A stretch of 63,992 bases of DNA, filler included, from Gonapodya sp. JEL0774 (GCA_027604505.1; 5 parts of 5 records of this genome joined end to end with filler, not necessarily neighbours in it), one strand, 5' to 3'; counted from the first letter of the whole stretch, positions 14,150 through 28,332 are shown. Numbers and translations are program-made. The notes: a model not told the origin generated them from the letters alone.

Positions 14150-14249
14150 NNNNNNNNNNNNNNNNNNNNNNNNNNNNNNNNNNNNNNNNNNNNTTAATTA
14201 ATTAANNNNNNNNNNNNNNNNNNNNNNNNNNNNNNNNNNNNNNNNNNNN
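14150..14249. other. Artificial contig linker (N44-TTAATTAATTAA-N44)
   Basis: Six-frame stop linker flanked by Ns. Confidence 0.98.
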
Positions 14250-16096
14250 CAGGAAGGAATATACACCATCCTGCAGAACCCCAACATTGCCACCATACAG
14301 ACGTCCAAAGGCTTAGCCGATAAGGTTTACTTCCTCCCCGTAACACCTGAGTTTGTTCGCAAGGTGATCAAGCACGAGAAGCCTGATGCCATCTTCTGCA
14401 CCTTCGGTGGCCAGACCGCTCTGAATGTCGGCGTCGCTCTCCGTGACGAATTTGAAGCGCTCGGCGTGAAGGTGCTGGGAACTCCAATCAAGTCTATCGA
14501 GCTCACAGAGGACAGAGAGCTCTTTGCCGACGCCATGAAGTCCATCGGGGAACGGTGTGCCGTCTCGGAGTCAGCCACTTCGGTGCAAGAGGCTATTGCT
14601 GCTGCGAACCGTATATCATATCCAGTCATTGTTCGTGCAGCATATGCTCTTGGTGGACTTGGGTCGGGATTCTGCTACAACGAACAGGAATTGGTCGAAC
14701 TCTGCAACCGGTCCTTCGCTTCGAGCCCCCAGGTTCTCGTTGAGAGGAGTATGAAGGGGTGAGTCAGTTTGTGCCTTTTTGCCGTCTTTGCAACCACCGA
14801 ACTGGAAATTCTTACCCCTCAGATGGAAGGAGGTGGAGTATGAAGTTGTTCGGGATGCTTAGGACAATTGCATCACTGTTTGCAACAAAGAGAACTTTGA
14901 CCCACTTGGTACGTTGGGAGTATGTGCTTTTGCACAATGGGTTCGAGATCTGATCTTCCAATGCAAGGTATCCACACTGGGGACTCCATTGTGGTCGCCC
15001 CGTCGCAAACTCTATCCGATGAGGACTATATGATGTTGCGCAAGCCGTTAGCGTCATCGGTAACTTGGGCATCGTCGGGGAATGTAACATTCAGTATGCT
15101 CTGAATCCTAAGTCGAAAGAGTACTGCATCATTGAAGTAAATGCCAGGCTCTCTCGAAGTTCCGCGCTTGCTAGCAAGGCGAAGGAATATCCCTTGGTGA
15201 GCGTCCGCATGACTTTTTATATTTGTTTTCTTTTTTTCGAGAAACTTCTTTGGCACAGGCGTTCGTTGCTGCCAAGCTTGGATTGGGGATTCCTCTCAAA
15301 GAGGTGACGAACAATGCGACCAAGAAAACCAGCGCGTGCTTTGAGCCGAGCTTGGATTATTGTGTGGTCAAGATTCCGCGCTGGGATCTCAAAAAGTTCC
15401 AGCGCGTTTCCACCAAGATTACGTCCGCGATGAAAAGTGTAGGTGAAATTATGGCTGTCGGTCGCACTTTCGAGGAGACCATTCAGAAAGCTCTTAGAGC
15501 AGTTGAGTATTCATTCATTGGATTCTCCGAGGTAGGTACACACATTCTTCATTTACGCTCGCTCCACATCACCGACAAGATCGTTAAAGAACGATTCAGT
15601 GGAGAAGCTCGATGAAGAGCTTGCGAATCCCACGGATCTTCGAGTTTTTGCGATTGCCAATGCGCTTCACAAAGGTTACACCATCGAGCGCATTCACACC
15701 TCACGTCGATTGATGACTGGTTTTTGACACGACTTCAAAACATCGTGGAAATCGACAAGGAGTTTGCCACGTACAATCCATCCACTCTGACGAATGATGT
15801 TCTGAGAAAGGCGAAAATGATCGAAATTTCAGATCGTCAGGTCGCTAAGGCGCTGGCTACGAGTGAATTGCAGATTCGCAAAATGCGTGTTGATGCTGGA
15901 ATACCGATTTTCGTGAAGCAAATTGACACCGGTGAGGTTCCGTGTGATTCTCTGAGTTACCTAGACTTTTAATATGAATTGGAAAATGCCGACGGAGTGA
16001 TTGTGTCCCTCGGTAGTCAAAGTCCCAACAACATCGCGGTGCAGCTTGGGCGAGAAAATATGAAGATTTTGGGTACTTCCCCGGAACTTATTGATT
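14250..16096 (+). pseudogene. URA2: URA2/CAD-type carbamoyl-phosphate synthase large-subunit fragment, pseudogene
   Basis: [85 protein letters not shown]. Frameshifts near 15042 and 15698, a jump from KQIDT to [11 protein letters not shown], and truncation after GTSPELID. Confidence 0.85.
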
Positions 16097-16571
16097 GGGG
16101 AAACGTTTCCGCGGGGAGAAATTCAGCAACTCCGTCCACCATAGCTCCAATCACACCCCGTTATAAACCCAACATGTTCCGTCACATGACTTCGATCCTT
16201 TCCCACCAACGGGCTCGTTGCTTCTTTTGTGCGTGCTGAAGTTCTGTGGCTGTTTAGGGTGTAATGAAGCAGTCTTGCAATACGCGGGCATTGGAACCGG
16301 GGCTGCAAAACACGGAAAAGAACCTGGATAATTTATGGGATCATGGAATCGAATAACAACGGGTCAAGGTATTACAGGTAGAGAAATTGATATCTCACAG
16401 CAATTCACAAGTTCAAAGACTTGCCGCAGTTTCATAGCTTAATATAAGAATATTCTGTTTTATTATTTCTTTTGGGTACGACTAAAAATAATGAGGGTCA
16501 CTGATCGCCACTGAAAATGGCCACAGTTACCCTTCGAAAGTAATTTTAACATTCCTGAACCTGCAATCACA

Positions 16572-18628
16572 ATGTCATCTGCCAATAATGCACCAAACGA
16601 GATTGTTCGTTACTCAGATATCTTCTCCGGGACCGCTGGACAACCACCTCCGAGGGCTGAGCTCAAAGAAGACTTTCTCAAGAGCCTGGAATCCTTCCTC
16701 CAGTCTTCCGCCGGGAACAAGGCACTCACCTGTTCTGATCAACGAGAAGAATTTCAGTTTCTTAGCCAAGATGGTTTGTTTGCCTGTTGCTATTCAAGTC
16801 CCAAGATTCCAGCTGACTGAAACAATGTGAAACTGACATGAACTCAGGCAGTCGCGGATATCTTATCAAGGCGCACAAAGTTCGCAAAGTTATTGAAGAA
16901 GAGAACTTGGTGTTTGTAAGTTGGACTAATTCATTAAATTTTGGGTGACACCACATATGCGGCACGAGGATCGCTGAGCATTGCGACAATCTCTTCATTT
17001 TCTGACCAGGTTTCCGATACTTCCAAAAGGGATGGGAACAGAAATAGTACATCGCCTGCTCCAGGTCCTGTTGAGCTCCTGAATGCAGCTTACACCAGTG
17101 TGTCGGCGAAACTGACAGAAAACATGGCAGGTGAGTAACACGAATCTTGACGCATTGTTCCACTGCTCCGGTGATGTAAAACTCCATGTTTGATCAAATA
17201 GGCGAGGCTGTGAAGCTCTTTGATGACCACGCGAAGACTCTGTACTACCGATTGTGTGACGATGGAACTGAAGTTTTGCGGGAACTTCTCATCGGGGTAC
17301 TGAACCAGTATCCGAGACTCACTACGGATATCATCCGTTCAAATGTACTCACAAACACAAAGCACTCCCTCCAAGATTTGAAAGAGATCCGGAGTATAGA
17401 TCTGCTCTACATCCTGAAGATGATTGAGGTAGAAAAGGTGTCACAGGTTTTAGCAAAACTTGTGAAGGCGGGAGAAAGTGAAATTGACGGGCAAGCTACA
17501 CCAGTGAAGTCATTGGCAGGGAAATTTGGAGTTCGGGGGAGAGGGATTTCCATGTTACATGACTGGCGGAACGCGAGGCACGGTCACGGCAAAAAGCTCA
17601 CCCCAACCCTCCCTGCAGTGCACTTCATTGCACTCGGATCGGCATTTGCAAATTGCTTGACCGTGTTTGATTGGAGTTCGGTACCACTTCCGGCGGATGT
17701 TCCGAATATTCGAGTATTCTGCGAAGAAAAGGTGAAAACAGTTTGTGTGGGTGCAAGGTGGGTCGCTCAGATTCTGCACCTCACATCTCACACTAACTGA
17801 TGATATTAGGAGCATGGCGGACGCATACGTGAGACTCTGCCACGACATTGCAAGGGCCAATCCTTGGCTAGAGTTCATATTGGAGGCGGCAAGTCAGAAG
17901 CTGAAGAGCATCATTCGCGATGAAAACTCAGCTCCTTCCAAGAAGCTCTACCTGGTTCTGAAGTCATATATTCGATATGATAAGCCCCTACCGCCACGAC
18001 AGGAACTCGCGCAGGCATCGTTACCGGAAAATGAGCTGTCGGAGACGGCACAAGCGATAGCAGCGAGAATGGGTCCGGAGCTCGCGATGCTGGCTACCAT
18101 GCTCAGTCTACAACAGATAGACCAGCGTGGGCTAGAACGAGACGACAGCTTGAGGCGGATCGAGCAATTGGTGACGGTGTTGGCTGACAAGGTCAATACG
18201 ACCAACAAGCCTGAGACACTTACTGGTGATGTGGAAGTGCCATCTGTGACGGGAATAAAGCGAAAGCGAGAAGCGTCGGAGGGAATGGTGGTGCTAGTGA
18301 AAGCGAGAGAATTAGACACTGGAGTTCAGGGGGTGATCGAAAACGATACCCAAAAGCGTAAGTAATTGAATCCTTATTGTGACGACGCGAACTCACAATC
18401 GACTATTCAGTTTTTGGCGACCAAGAGATCCAAGTGGTCTTCAGCTCCCACTCGAACGGCGATAATGCATCGGTGTTTGTTGGGGGAAAGGTATCGAAAA
18501 GCCAGGCGTCCGTCATCAAGCTATTGATGGTGAACATGTTAGGAATCGCCTTGAAAAACGTTGAGGTTCTGGCTGAGATTGTTGAGGACGATGGGGAGGA
18601 GAACGGGGGGAAGAGGAAGAAGACCTGA
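16572..18628 (+). CDS. Multi-exon protein with putative DZIP3-like HEPN domain and C-terminal coiled/basic region
   Basis: GT-AG introns link the ORF pieces. Motifs YYRLCDDGTEVLRELL, IDLLYILKMI, LHDWRNARHGH (R-N-x4-H). Confidence 0.6.
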
Positions 18629-20535
18629 TCGAACCAGCACATGGAAAATAATCAGATCGAGGGCTACCATTCAGGAACTGGTTAGACTCATCACATATTC
18701 GCACTACTCGTGAATTTACTCACCTGTGGACTCCGAATGTGTTGTACAATCGCGTTTTTGGCGGCCACAAGCACTCTCGATGAATCGTAAGATCGTCGGG
18801 GTTTGCGATATGCATCAAGCGCCTCACGCGATTAGTGAAGAACAACAAATACATGATGGAGGGGGGAGGAGTAAAACTATGACTATTCGCGGGTGGGAAC
18901 GTACCGATACCGTCCACGAAACTGATAAGATCAAGGCGCACAGTGCACCTGATGGGTTCCATCACTATGTCTATGGATCGTAGGTCAACTGCCAACGATC
19001 ATAAGTGCTGTGTGCATGGGACATTTAGTGTGGTCTTGAAAACAAAATCCAAAAGTCGCACGGGAGATATCCATCCCCGCGAGCAGGTGAGAGCATACGC
19101 CCGGGCATTTCACAAAAAGCCCGAAGACAGAAAGTGGTGAAAGGTAAACAACGCTGGATTGTGACCGCGCATCCCCTCCTGGAGCACTGATTGTCTGAAC
19201 ATTGAACCGAGAACTGAGGATTCCGCAATCGCCGAGGACTAACGACTCTGCAAATGTCGAGTTCTTCATTCTTTGGTCTACACTAGTCGAAAGGCCAAAA
19301 ACAGGATTACCTTGCCGCAAAGAATTCGATCGGGGGAGAGCAGTCGGGCAGAGCAGGCGACAAAGCAGAATCTGACACCCCGAGCATCAGTGATGACTAT
19401 TAACCAGGGACGTCACTTCGGGAACCCGGTCCGTTTTCGTTGTCAAACCCAAAAAAAAATGGGAAAACGAGAGGACGAGTTCTGGTTGTGGTCCTCAGCA
19501 AACCCAGCTCAGCACCTGTGGCGCAGAACTTGGGTGAAGATCAGTCTGATCGCATCTTCGACAACGCTCCCCATCCTCCGACCGTTCCTTTATAACTCCA
19601 TACTCGCAGCATCTCCGCATTTGCGTTCAAACTGCGTGGATATAAGCTTCAACGATCATTGATTTTAGTTGATCCCACTGAAACAACCGGCCGCCATCGG
19701 CTCCTGCCTTCGTCGTCAAACACGTGCATGGTTTGACTTGCGAGCATCGCGATCGACTCTCAGAAGTTCGCAGTGCGGGGTGCTTCATCGTCGTAGGGAA
19801 TCCCTGCCCTGGTGACGGGTTGCAGATAGACCATCAGAACCTCAAATTGTTGGCCCAACTTCACACATTGACTTGACGCATTCATGGATATTCTGGGGAC
19901 ACAAATGCAGAAAGCGCACGTTTTAGGTTTAGTGAAGCAGAGTCGTGGACGTGGAAATGACGCCTGACGGTGCTTGTGCCAAAGAAGAGTACGGATGGAC
20001 CCTTTGCGTCTCCGCGAGGTCAAATGGACTGGGTGAACGTATCTGCGCCATCTACGTCTTGTATAAGCAGAATCAATTGGCTCGCCAGCCCATGAAATGT
20101 ATGGTCATCCACGAAGACACTCTGAATATGTTCTCCCATGGAATGGGACTGAGGAGCCATGCTGGTTCCCCGCGTGGAGGGCTTGGTTTGTCTGAGAAGG
20201 TGGGATTTTGTTTCAATGGTCGGCCCTCCCCCTGCTTTCTCATCTCGCTCGAGCTTGTCGCCTCTGAGAGCAAGAGGTAATGCTAATCACATGGGTTGTA
20301 GTGAATTGTGTAAATAAACGCTGAGTATTATCGCAGCACAAAGAGTTCCCTGTCTAAATCTGATGGAGTAACCATTCCCTCCAGCCTGTCACATGCCATG
20401 AGGAGTTTGCCGCGCGCTGGTCTTGAATGGCTTTGGTCAACACCTCCCGACCCCCCACAAGTGTGTTTCAAATCATCCGAATTGCTAACGCCATTCCCCT
20501 ATCGAACCTCATATTCTTTCCCCTGTGTCCATTAA

Positions 20536-23500
20536 ATGGAGCCTCCTGTTGAAGGCGTTCCCCTGGTGGCTGCGAATGGACATGTTATCAATGGGCAAAC
20601 ACCAGGATCGCAACCTCAACTTCAAATCATTGATGACAACCAGCAATTCAAGTAAGTCATAGTTTGCCCCTTTTCGTAATCATGGCGAAAACGCTTGAAT
20701 GCTGTCTTCATCTGCCGTTTCGCTTGACAATACACAGTCCCGCAACCACTGCAACATTGACCTCATCCTTTCACATCGAGGACGTTGGCTTCAACTACAA
20801 TGTCATGGCTGTATTTGGAAGCCAAAGTACCGGGAAAAGTACTTTGCTCAACAAGCTCTTCGGAACGTCTTTTGCAGTCATGGACGCGTCGCAGAGGAGG
20901 CAGACGACCAAGGGTGAGTTGGAACGAGGACCGAAAATCGGACAACGCTTTACAGTTGAAGAGGTGTCAGGCATGGAATCGTGATGGGCATTCAAAACAA
21001 CACAGTTTCTGGGAAAGAGAGTGCCGTTCCGGGAGTCATTTTCGCTGGAGCGCACGGACGGAACACTTATCTTTCAGTACACACACCAAGCGCCGTCAAG
21101 GGTCCTTTCAAATGTGCTTATTTTCGCTCGAAAGAATTAGGCAGCCACTCCCCGGAGGTTTGTTGGCGTCGGAACTTTTCCGGGCAGCGGGTCCCTTGCT
21201 CGTTTCGGATTCAATGCCCAAAATGCAAAAAGGATGAATGTGGAAATGTCGATAGTCCGTCCTCAGAGATCAGAGAGCTATCAGAGCCCGGAATGGATGG
21301 GCGACCAGTTCTCATTCGCATGGTGGACTCGGATGCACAGTCACGAGGCCCTCCATCAGGCACATACGTGCCGTCATTTTCCTTTTGTATTGTAGCATGC
21401 TTTATGTGTCTTTCTGCTCTCATTCTGTCCCGCAACGCCTTCTCCACCGTTCTGCGCCAGGAATTTGGGCTTCTACTCCCGCCACCCATCCACTCCTCAT
21501 CCTTGATGTTGAAGGCGCCGACGGACGAGAACGGGGTGAACAGCAGGATTTTGAGCGCAGGACAGCCTTGTTTTCGCTTGCGGTTGCCGAAGTTGTGGTG
21601 GTCAATATGTGGGAACATCAAGTGGGGTTGTATATGGGAGCGAATATGGGCCTGTTGAAGACGGTGTTCGATGTGAATGTGCAACTGTTTGCGGCGAGGG
21701 GGTGAGTTTGAGGAGGAGGAGTGCGTGGGTTGAATCTTTTTAGCGGGCGCTTGTGGTCTGCATGGTGTGGGCACAGGTACCGGGGATTCAGGACTTACTG
21801 TGCGGATCATCGTCAGTTCTATCCCTGATCACCCGAAATCCTCTCTCCCCTCGCTCACCCAGCTCTCCGAAAACCCTACTCGTTTTCGTCATCCGAGACC
21901 ACCTTGGAGTCACCCCTCTGGAGAACCTGAAAAATACCCTTATGGACGATTTGAATCACATTTGGGAGAGTTTAAACAAGGTCAGATGGAGATAAATATT
22001 GCTGGCAGTGGTCTTTTTATAATGTTTCGATGTGTCTCTCGGCTCCAGCCTCCTGCTGTCGGCGATGCCCCGCTTGACGAATTCTTTGACCTCGATTTTG
22101 TAGGCTTACCCCACAAGTACAACTCCCCAGAAGCCTTTGACACGGCTTGCGACGCACTTCGCACGCGGTTCATGGACGCAAGCGCTCCAGACTTCTTCTT
22201 CAAGAAATCTTACCACAAGAAACTGCCCCCCGCCGATGGATTCCCCCACTATGCTCAATCCATATGGGACAAGATTGTCACCGCCAAGGACTTGGACTTG
22301 CCCACCCAGCAGCAGTTGCTGGCTCAGTACAGATGTGACGAGATCGCGGTCGAGGCGAAGAAGGGGTTCACGGCAAAGGCTGAGGAATGGACAGGGAAAG
22401 TCGAAGCAGGAAAGGTGGTGGAAACGTTGGGGAAGGATATGGGGAGCGCAAAGGCAGCTAGTCTCGGTGAGAGCTTCATTGAACTCCAAGTCGCCGCAAC
22501 GGTGAACCACAATCCCGAAATCCTCGCAGCTGCCTTCGATACCTCCGCCTCCCGCTACCATGCCGCCGTGTACCAACGTAAACGCCGTGAACTCGCTGAC
22601 GCGCTGGACGCCCAATGCAAAGTCCTATTCGTGAAGCAACTCCAAAATCTTGCCAAGCGAGCTTTATCCCAGTTCAAACAAGACCTTCAATCGCGAATTG
22701 CAGCTCTGGGTCCCAGTTCGGGAGCCGGAGAGTTTGCGGCAGGGCTAAAGGCGTCCGAAGAAACTGCCGTGCAGGGCTTCGTAACAGGGGCGGAGGCTGC
22801 GAAGTTGGAAGGTGCAGACTGGGTGTGGGAGGATGTCTTGGCTGCTGTGCGGGAGGATGTCGGAGAAGTTGCAGATAACGCAAAGAAGGAGGAGATGGAA
22901 AGGGCGGTTGGGGGCGCGGAGGTGAGTGAGGTTTCACGACGTGGAGTAAAATGTGAAGAATTGTTCAAAGGGTTTGTGCGGTGTCATTGTCGTTTCCAGA
23001 AAAGAATAGCGAGCGAGGTCAATGAAACGATCACATCGATTTTGAACAGGGCGCGGGCGGGAATGTGGGAGGAGTTGTGGGTGGGATTCAAGAAGAAGGT
23101 GGAGGAGGAGAGGGACAAGTTGCAGGCGAAATCCACGAGTAAGTCTGTGCACGATTGTCAGGGAATGTATTATTACATAAACCAGCACTCAAACGTTTCG
23201 CTTATTCTGCAACTGCCAAATTCTCCACAGACTTTGCCCTGAACTCTACCGAATCCGTTCCCCTCCTCCAACGCCTGAACTTGTCCGCTTGGACTCACCT
23301 TCGGACGAAACTCGTCGAAGAAACTGCGGACACCCGCCTTCTCCAACGATTGCGTCAGCATTTCGAGCAAAAATTTCGTTACGACGCCAAAGGTATCCCT
23401 AGGGTGTGGAAACCAGAGGATGATATTGACGCGGCATATGAAATTGCGAGAAACGATGCGAATTCGCTGGTGGACGTTCTGGGAAAGGTGGATGTAGATG

Positions 23501-24178
23501 TCGAAGAAGTGAAGGCACTGCTGCCAGATATCGAGGCGAGTTGCTGTGCATTGAAATATTGGGCTCGTTGCCTCCCTCATGCCTCAATGCCAACGCATTT
23601 ACTCAACGCAGATCGATGAACGATCGCTACAGCTCATCACCTTGTCTCACCTTGATGATATCCGTGGTCGGTTCCTCCGGGACATTGAATCTCTCTATAT
23701 GGACGCGAAGCGCTCGGTCATCAACATGACCGCGGTGCTGCCCCCGTGGGCGATTCTTGCCATGATGGTTCTTGGGTGGAACGAGTTCGTGACCGTGTTG
23801 TCCAGTCCGACCTACTTTTTATCTTTTGTGGTTGTCGGTCTGGTCGGGTGGTTCGTTTATTCCTCGGGCTTGTTCGGAACCGTGCAGTCGATGGGGTTGG
23901 CTGCATTGAAGCAGGCTTGGAAACCGGTGCAGGACACGCTCGAGGAAAATGGAATCGAAATGAAGACAATATCTGCCGGTGTAACCAAGGTTTCGTCCAT
24001 TGCGAAGGGACTAATGGAGCAGAGTGCATCCGTGGAGGGCGATGGTTCGCCTGACCGGTCGGCGAAGTTTAGTCCCGGCGGGTGGGAGGCGGTGGAGTCC
24101 AGTGTGAACCACACGACGAGCACGAGCATAGGATCATCCTCGGTGAACCCGACACTCACCGAGGTAACCAAGCGATAG
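20536..24178 (+). CDS. SEY1: SEY1/RHD3 dynamin-like ER-fusion GTPase
   Basis: [88 protein letters not shown] hairpin LGWNEF. Confidence 0.95.
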
Positions 24179-24741
24179 TACATAGTGTCGAGTAGTTGGG
24201 ACTCTTTTCTGCGTATATATGTGGACGGTTTTGTTGTTTTGGAGATTCCATGATGCTAGAAGTATGATTTTTCCTTTTGCTGAATGTAGGAGCATAAAGA
24301 GTAACATTTAATCCTTGATGAGGGCCGGGGCGCACTCTGAGACGGGAGCAAGTGAAGTTCTCAGTGGTACGAGCATTCGAATGCAACGTCGATTCACCGT
24401 GGTCGATTGTGTCACTCGCACAAACAGTCTTAGGATGAGCTACCAGGCCAACTAACCAAAACTTGTAAACTTTGTCTCCAACGCGCACAGAACAGCAATG
24501 ACAGAAAAGGTACATCCCCAGTACTGGCATCAGACATAATACTGAGCAAAGTCACACACTTTCAATTTTATTCGGTTTCTCTGTTTCACTTCCATCATTC
24601 CTGATCTCTGGTAGCCTCAGTAAAGTCACAGAATGGTCGGCGCTGTTGAATGTGTTGAGGGAGATAGAGGTTCCTGCATTTGATCCCTGTTGGACAGAAT
24701 TTTGCGTCAAGTGCGCACGGTGCAAGAAACAATGGATCTCA

Positions 24742-25153
24742 TTAGGTAAGTATACCTCGAATACTGAATCGATTTTGTATTGATGGGCAGACGGTTGGCG
24801 GTACCTGGACGGATTGATGACCCCACATCAAAATGAATTCGCAGAAGGCAGTAACGGAATTTGTAAGAAGTACTGTCTCAGAACACATACCTCGATTTGA
24901 TGCAATACCAATAAAGCAGATAAAGAACTGTGACAACCACGAACGTCACCACTGCAATTGCGAGAATCGGACCAACCCCAACCCCGGTGCTCGGCTTTGA
25001 TCCTGAGTTGGAGTCAGACAATGCGGTGGAAGAAGAAGGTGTGGTGCTTGAATGCCGCTCGTATGGTCCCGAATCTTCTTTGGGAGCAACGAAACCACGA
25101 GCAGCGATGTTCAGACGCAACGACCGTGATGGGGGTCCCGTGATCACGCTCAT
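24742..25153 (-). CDS. Possible small single-pass membrane protein
   Basis: Ser/Thr-rich stretch followed by GPILAIAVVTFVVVTVLYLLYWYCIK; 3' end uncertain. Confidence 0.3.
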
Positions 25154-26430
25154 AACTGGAACACCGCAACAGTTTCACACGAAAAATGTAATCTTCGAAT
25201 GACTGATGCCAGATATCATCTGTTGGGTTGCACAATCAGTAAGCTGCTTGCGAAGATGTTCCGCAAGACCTCTGTGGCACTCTTACGCACTCCGGGGAAT
25301 CTCCGCACTGAGGTCAAAACTTTCCAAAAGCTACTTACTTTCCAACTATTGCAAACAACCTTTCTGAAGTCATATGCTGCGCCGGCCTGATTCTCGTGGT
25401 CAATAAAGTACCCCGATGGCGATGCGATGAGAGTCGGCATCTTCAGCATTGGCGTTACCACCAACTACCGACTTTGCTTCCCACGCGTTTGTCGCCGGTC
25501 CCAGAAGGAGAGGGCCAGGGGGAATAAACACGAGAATAGGCAGCCCGATGGGCGCTGGCAGGAAGGCTGGTAATCATCTCATCGGTGCGTGGTCGTTGCT
25601 GCGAAGTTGCCATCCTTCTCCAGTTGACCGCTTCGTGTTCTGTTCCTGCTAAATAAGACTCTACATATATTTCTACGAGTGCAAGCGAGTGAGCAGATGC
25701 ATGTCACTCTGAATGGAACCCAATTACGTGGTGAGTGGATTGTGATGCGCTCCTTGATTGGAAGAATAGTAGCTGGTGGGGCTCGGTCTAGGAAGGCAGT
25801 GCTGCCCTTAACGTGTAAAACTTCATTTCTTGGGAGGATTGGAAGTCACCGGGGAAGCCGGCGTGGAGGGGGGATGCCGCCAACCACACGAGCACGAATA
25901 CCGTCCACCTCTTCGTCGGTGTGCTCTAGAAACGTCTGACCGACCTAGGTCAGGCGGCTAAGAGACGGTCATTAAGGAGATTATGATGCCTCTCGTCACC
26001 GCGTTTATACCTTGGACCTTTTGCGTGCGTCCCTCGACCTCATCGCATAGTTAAACCTACGGAGCTTAGCGCGTACTATGTAAATATGGTAATCATTGAA
26101 TATCAAGAGGAGTTGTGAAGTCTACATACGGTCCCTTGAATGTTCTCATGTGGTGGTTGTTGATGTCTGAAATCCTTGCGAGTTGCGAGGCCCTCTTACG
26201 TATAAATACAAAGCACTACTTACAAGTTCAAGAGTATGCTCCGTAATATTCACACGTTGGGCTAACGTGGCACGGGGGCCCATGCCCAGTGCAAAGATAC
26301 GTGCTCGTGCAATGCTCAAGTTCATTTTGCAGCACTTACAAGTACACTCTATACAAATGACACAAAATTGAATTTATGTGTATGAAGTAGTTTCATCGTG
26401 TTGTTTCTGTCTCGACAGTTCTGACCCAAC

Positions 26431-28332
26431 TTACAATAGCACCGTCTCGCCATCACCACGTACCTTGAGCGCCTTCTCCGCCGCTCCCCTCCCTGCCCTC
26501 CTTCCAAACACCACACACTCCAACAAGCTGTTCCCCACAAGCCTGTTCGCACCGTGAACTCCTCCTGTCACCTCACCCGCCGCCCACAGACCTCCTATGG
26601 CATCTCCTGCGGTGGCATCCACAACCCTACCAGAGGTGTCAATGAGAGCGCCGCCCATGGTATAGTGTATTGCAGGAGTAATCTCAGCAACGTAAAGGGG
26701 TTCGGTGGGGAGGAATGTGGTGGCGAAGTGCGTTTTGCCAAACGTATCGTGCTCTCGCCCTTCGGCAGCGTTGTTGTACTCCGCAAAGGTCTCCTCCAAC
26801 ACTGACGTCTCTACTCCCATGTGCTTCGCAAGTGTCTTGGCATTGCCTACACGCTTGAAAAAGCCCTTCTTGGTGTAGAACTGGACGGCTGCTTCGTCGT
26901 ACAGTTTCGCACCCCGCTCGGTCAGCACCATCCAGGCGACGGACTGGCCGTGGCGGGTGCCATAGGTCGCGGCTTGACGGACTATTGCGGCGGAGAGGTG
27001 GGAGCGGAGGGAGAGTTCGTTGGCGAAGCGGGTGCCGCGGGAGGTGAGGAGGATGGCGCCGCTATGGAAATGGAACATGGGGTGAGGTTTTTAATTGGTT
27101 CACCAAAAAGTTGCAGACAGCAAGAGCGAAAACGCACTAGGATCGAAGAGCTTCTCCGGCGAGGAATTTTGCGCGCGCAGTGGGATTGGCAGGGTCGATG
27201 AAAGCTGAAATTAAGAATTATTCTATGTATCAGCGATGCCCAATGCTCCAGCACTTGTCAATCAAAACGAAGAACCAACCGGTGGGGCTACAGAGCAACG
27301 ATGATGAGTATATCTTTTTTGATTCTGACGCACTTCGCTCAAGGAACTCACTGAATCTGCACCGACTCCATATCCACCAACTTTCCTCCGAATTTCTCCA
27401 CCATTTTCACTCCATCCCCTGTTGCCCAATCTCCACTCGTGGTCCCCAAGCTCTCCTCTACCGTGGCGCTCGCCCACTTTCTAAGCAACGACGAGGACCC
27501 CCAATCACTCGAGTAACCCCCCGTGGCGAGCACCACCGCGCGGGCGGGCAAGTCTTGCGTTGTAAGCTCTACGTCGGATGCCAGCGAGGAAAGGTCGGCA
27601 TTGCGGACGGTGGGTGGAGTGGACTCGGGAAAGGTGACGTAACGAACTCCCGTCACAACGGTGCCAGAGCGGAGGAGAGAGATGGCGCGCGTTGAGGTGA
27701 GAATTTGGACTCCTGGGAGGGTAGAGACACGAGATTGAAGGCCGCGGATGGTGCTGAAGCCAATGGGGCGTGGTTTATCTGCCTGAGGTTCACGATGGGT
27801 TCTGCGTATGTTATGTGTTCGTAGTCGATGCGGCGAGTCACCGAATTGCATAGTGATTATTGCACTCTGCTAAAAATAACGATAGCAAGACTCACCTCGC
27901 CACTGAATGTCCGCCACCCCAACTGATGGCGGGCAATGTCAGGTTTGCGTGCCTTTCGACCCACTCCACAGCTTCACCCGACTCCTCGACCAAAACTTTG
28001 ACGAGTTCTTTCCTCGATTTTCCACCACCAGAGTTCACTGTATCCTCAACGAATGTTGCCGTGGAATCGACGATTCCTTGTTCAGATTGGTAATGAGTCA
28101 ACCCATTCATTCCGCTGCTAGCCTTGGCCGAATTGCCGCCAAGCTTTCCTTCCCGCTCTAGCAATACAATTTTGGGCTCCTTTCCTGCCGCGACAATCGT
28201 CGCGTGTGCCTCTATGACCGCAACAAGACCTGCGAGTCCTCCGCCCACGACAACCAAATCCACCGAGTTTGCCGAGTGCTCTGACAACATGGTAGATTCA
28301 GAGGAAGATGATGACAAAGGAGGAGATGGAGA
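26431..28332 (-). CDS. FAD-dependent fumarate reductase (Osm1/Frd1, flavocytochrome c family); 5' end may be cut by the linker
   Basis: [43 protein letters not shown], spliced [42 protein letters not shown]. Confidence 0.93.

Noticed and set aside
14194..14205. TTAATTAATTAA as a biological motif
   Set aside because: Identical N-flanked copies at all four joins; an artificial linker.
16572..18628. Functional linkage of the HEPN-like or NYN genes to the NLR locus
   Set aside because: They are separated by artificial linkers, so proximity in this window is not evidence.
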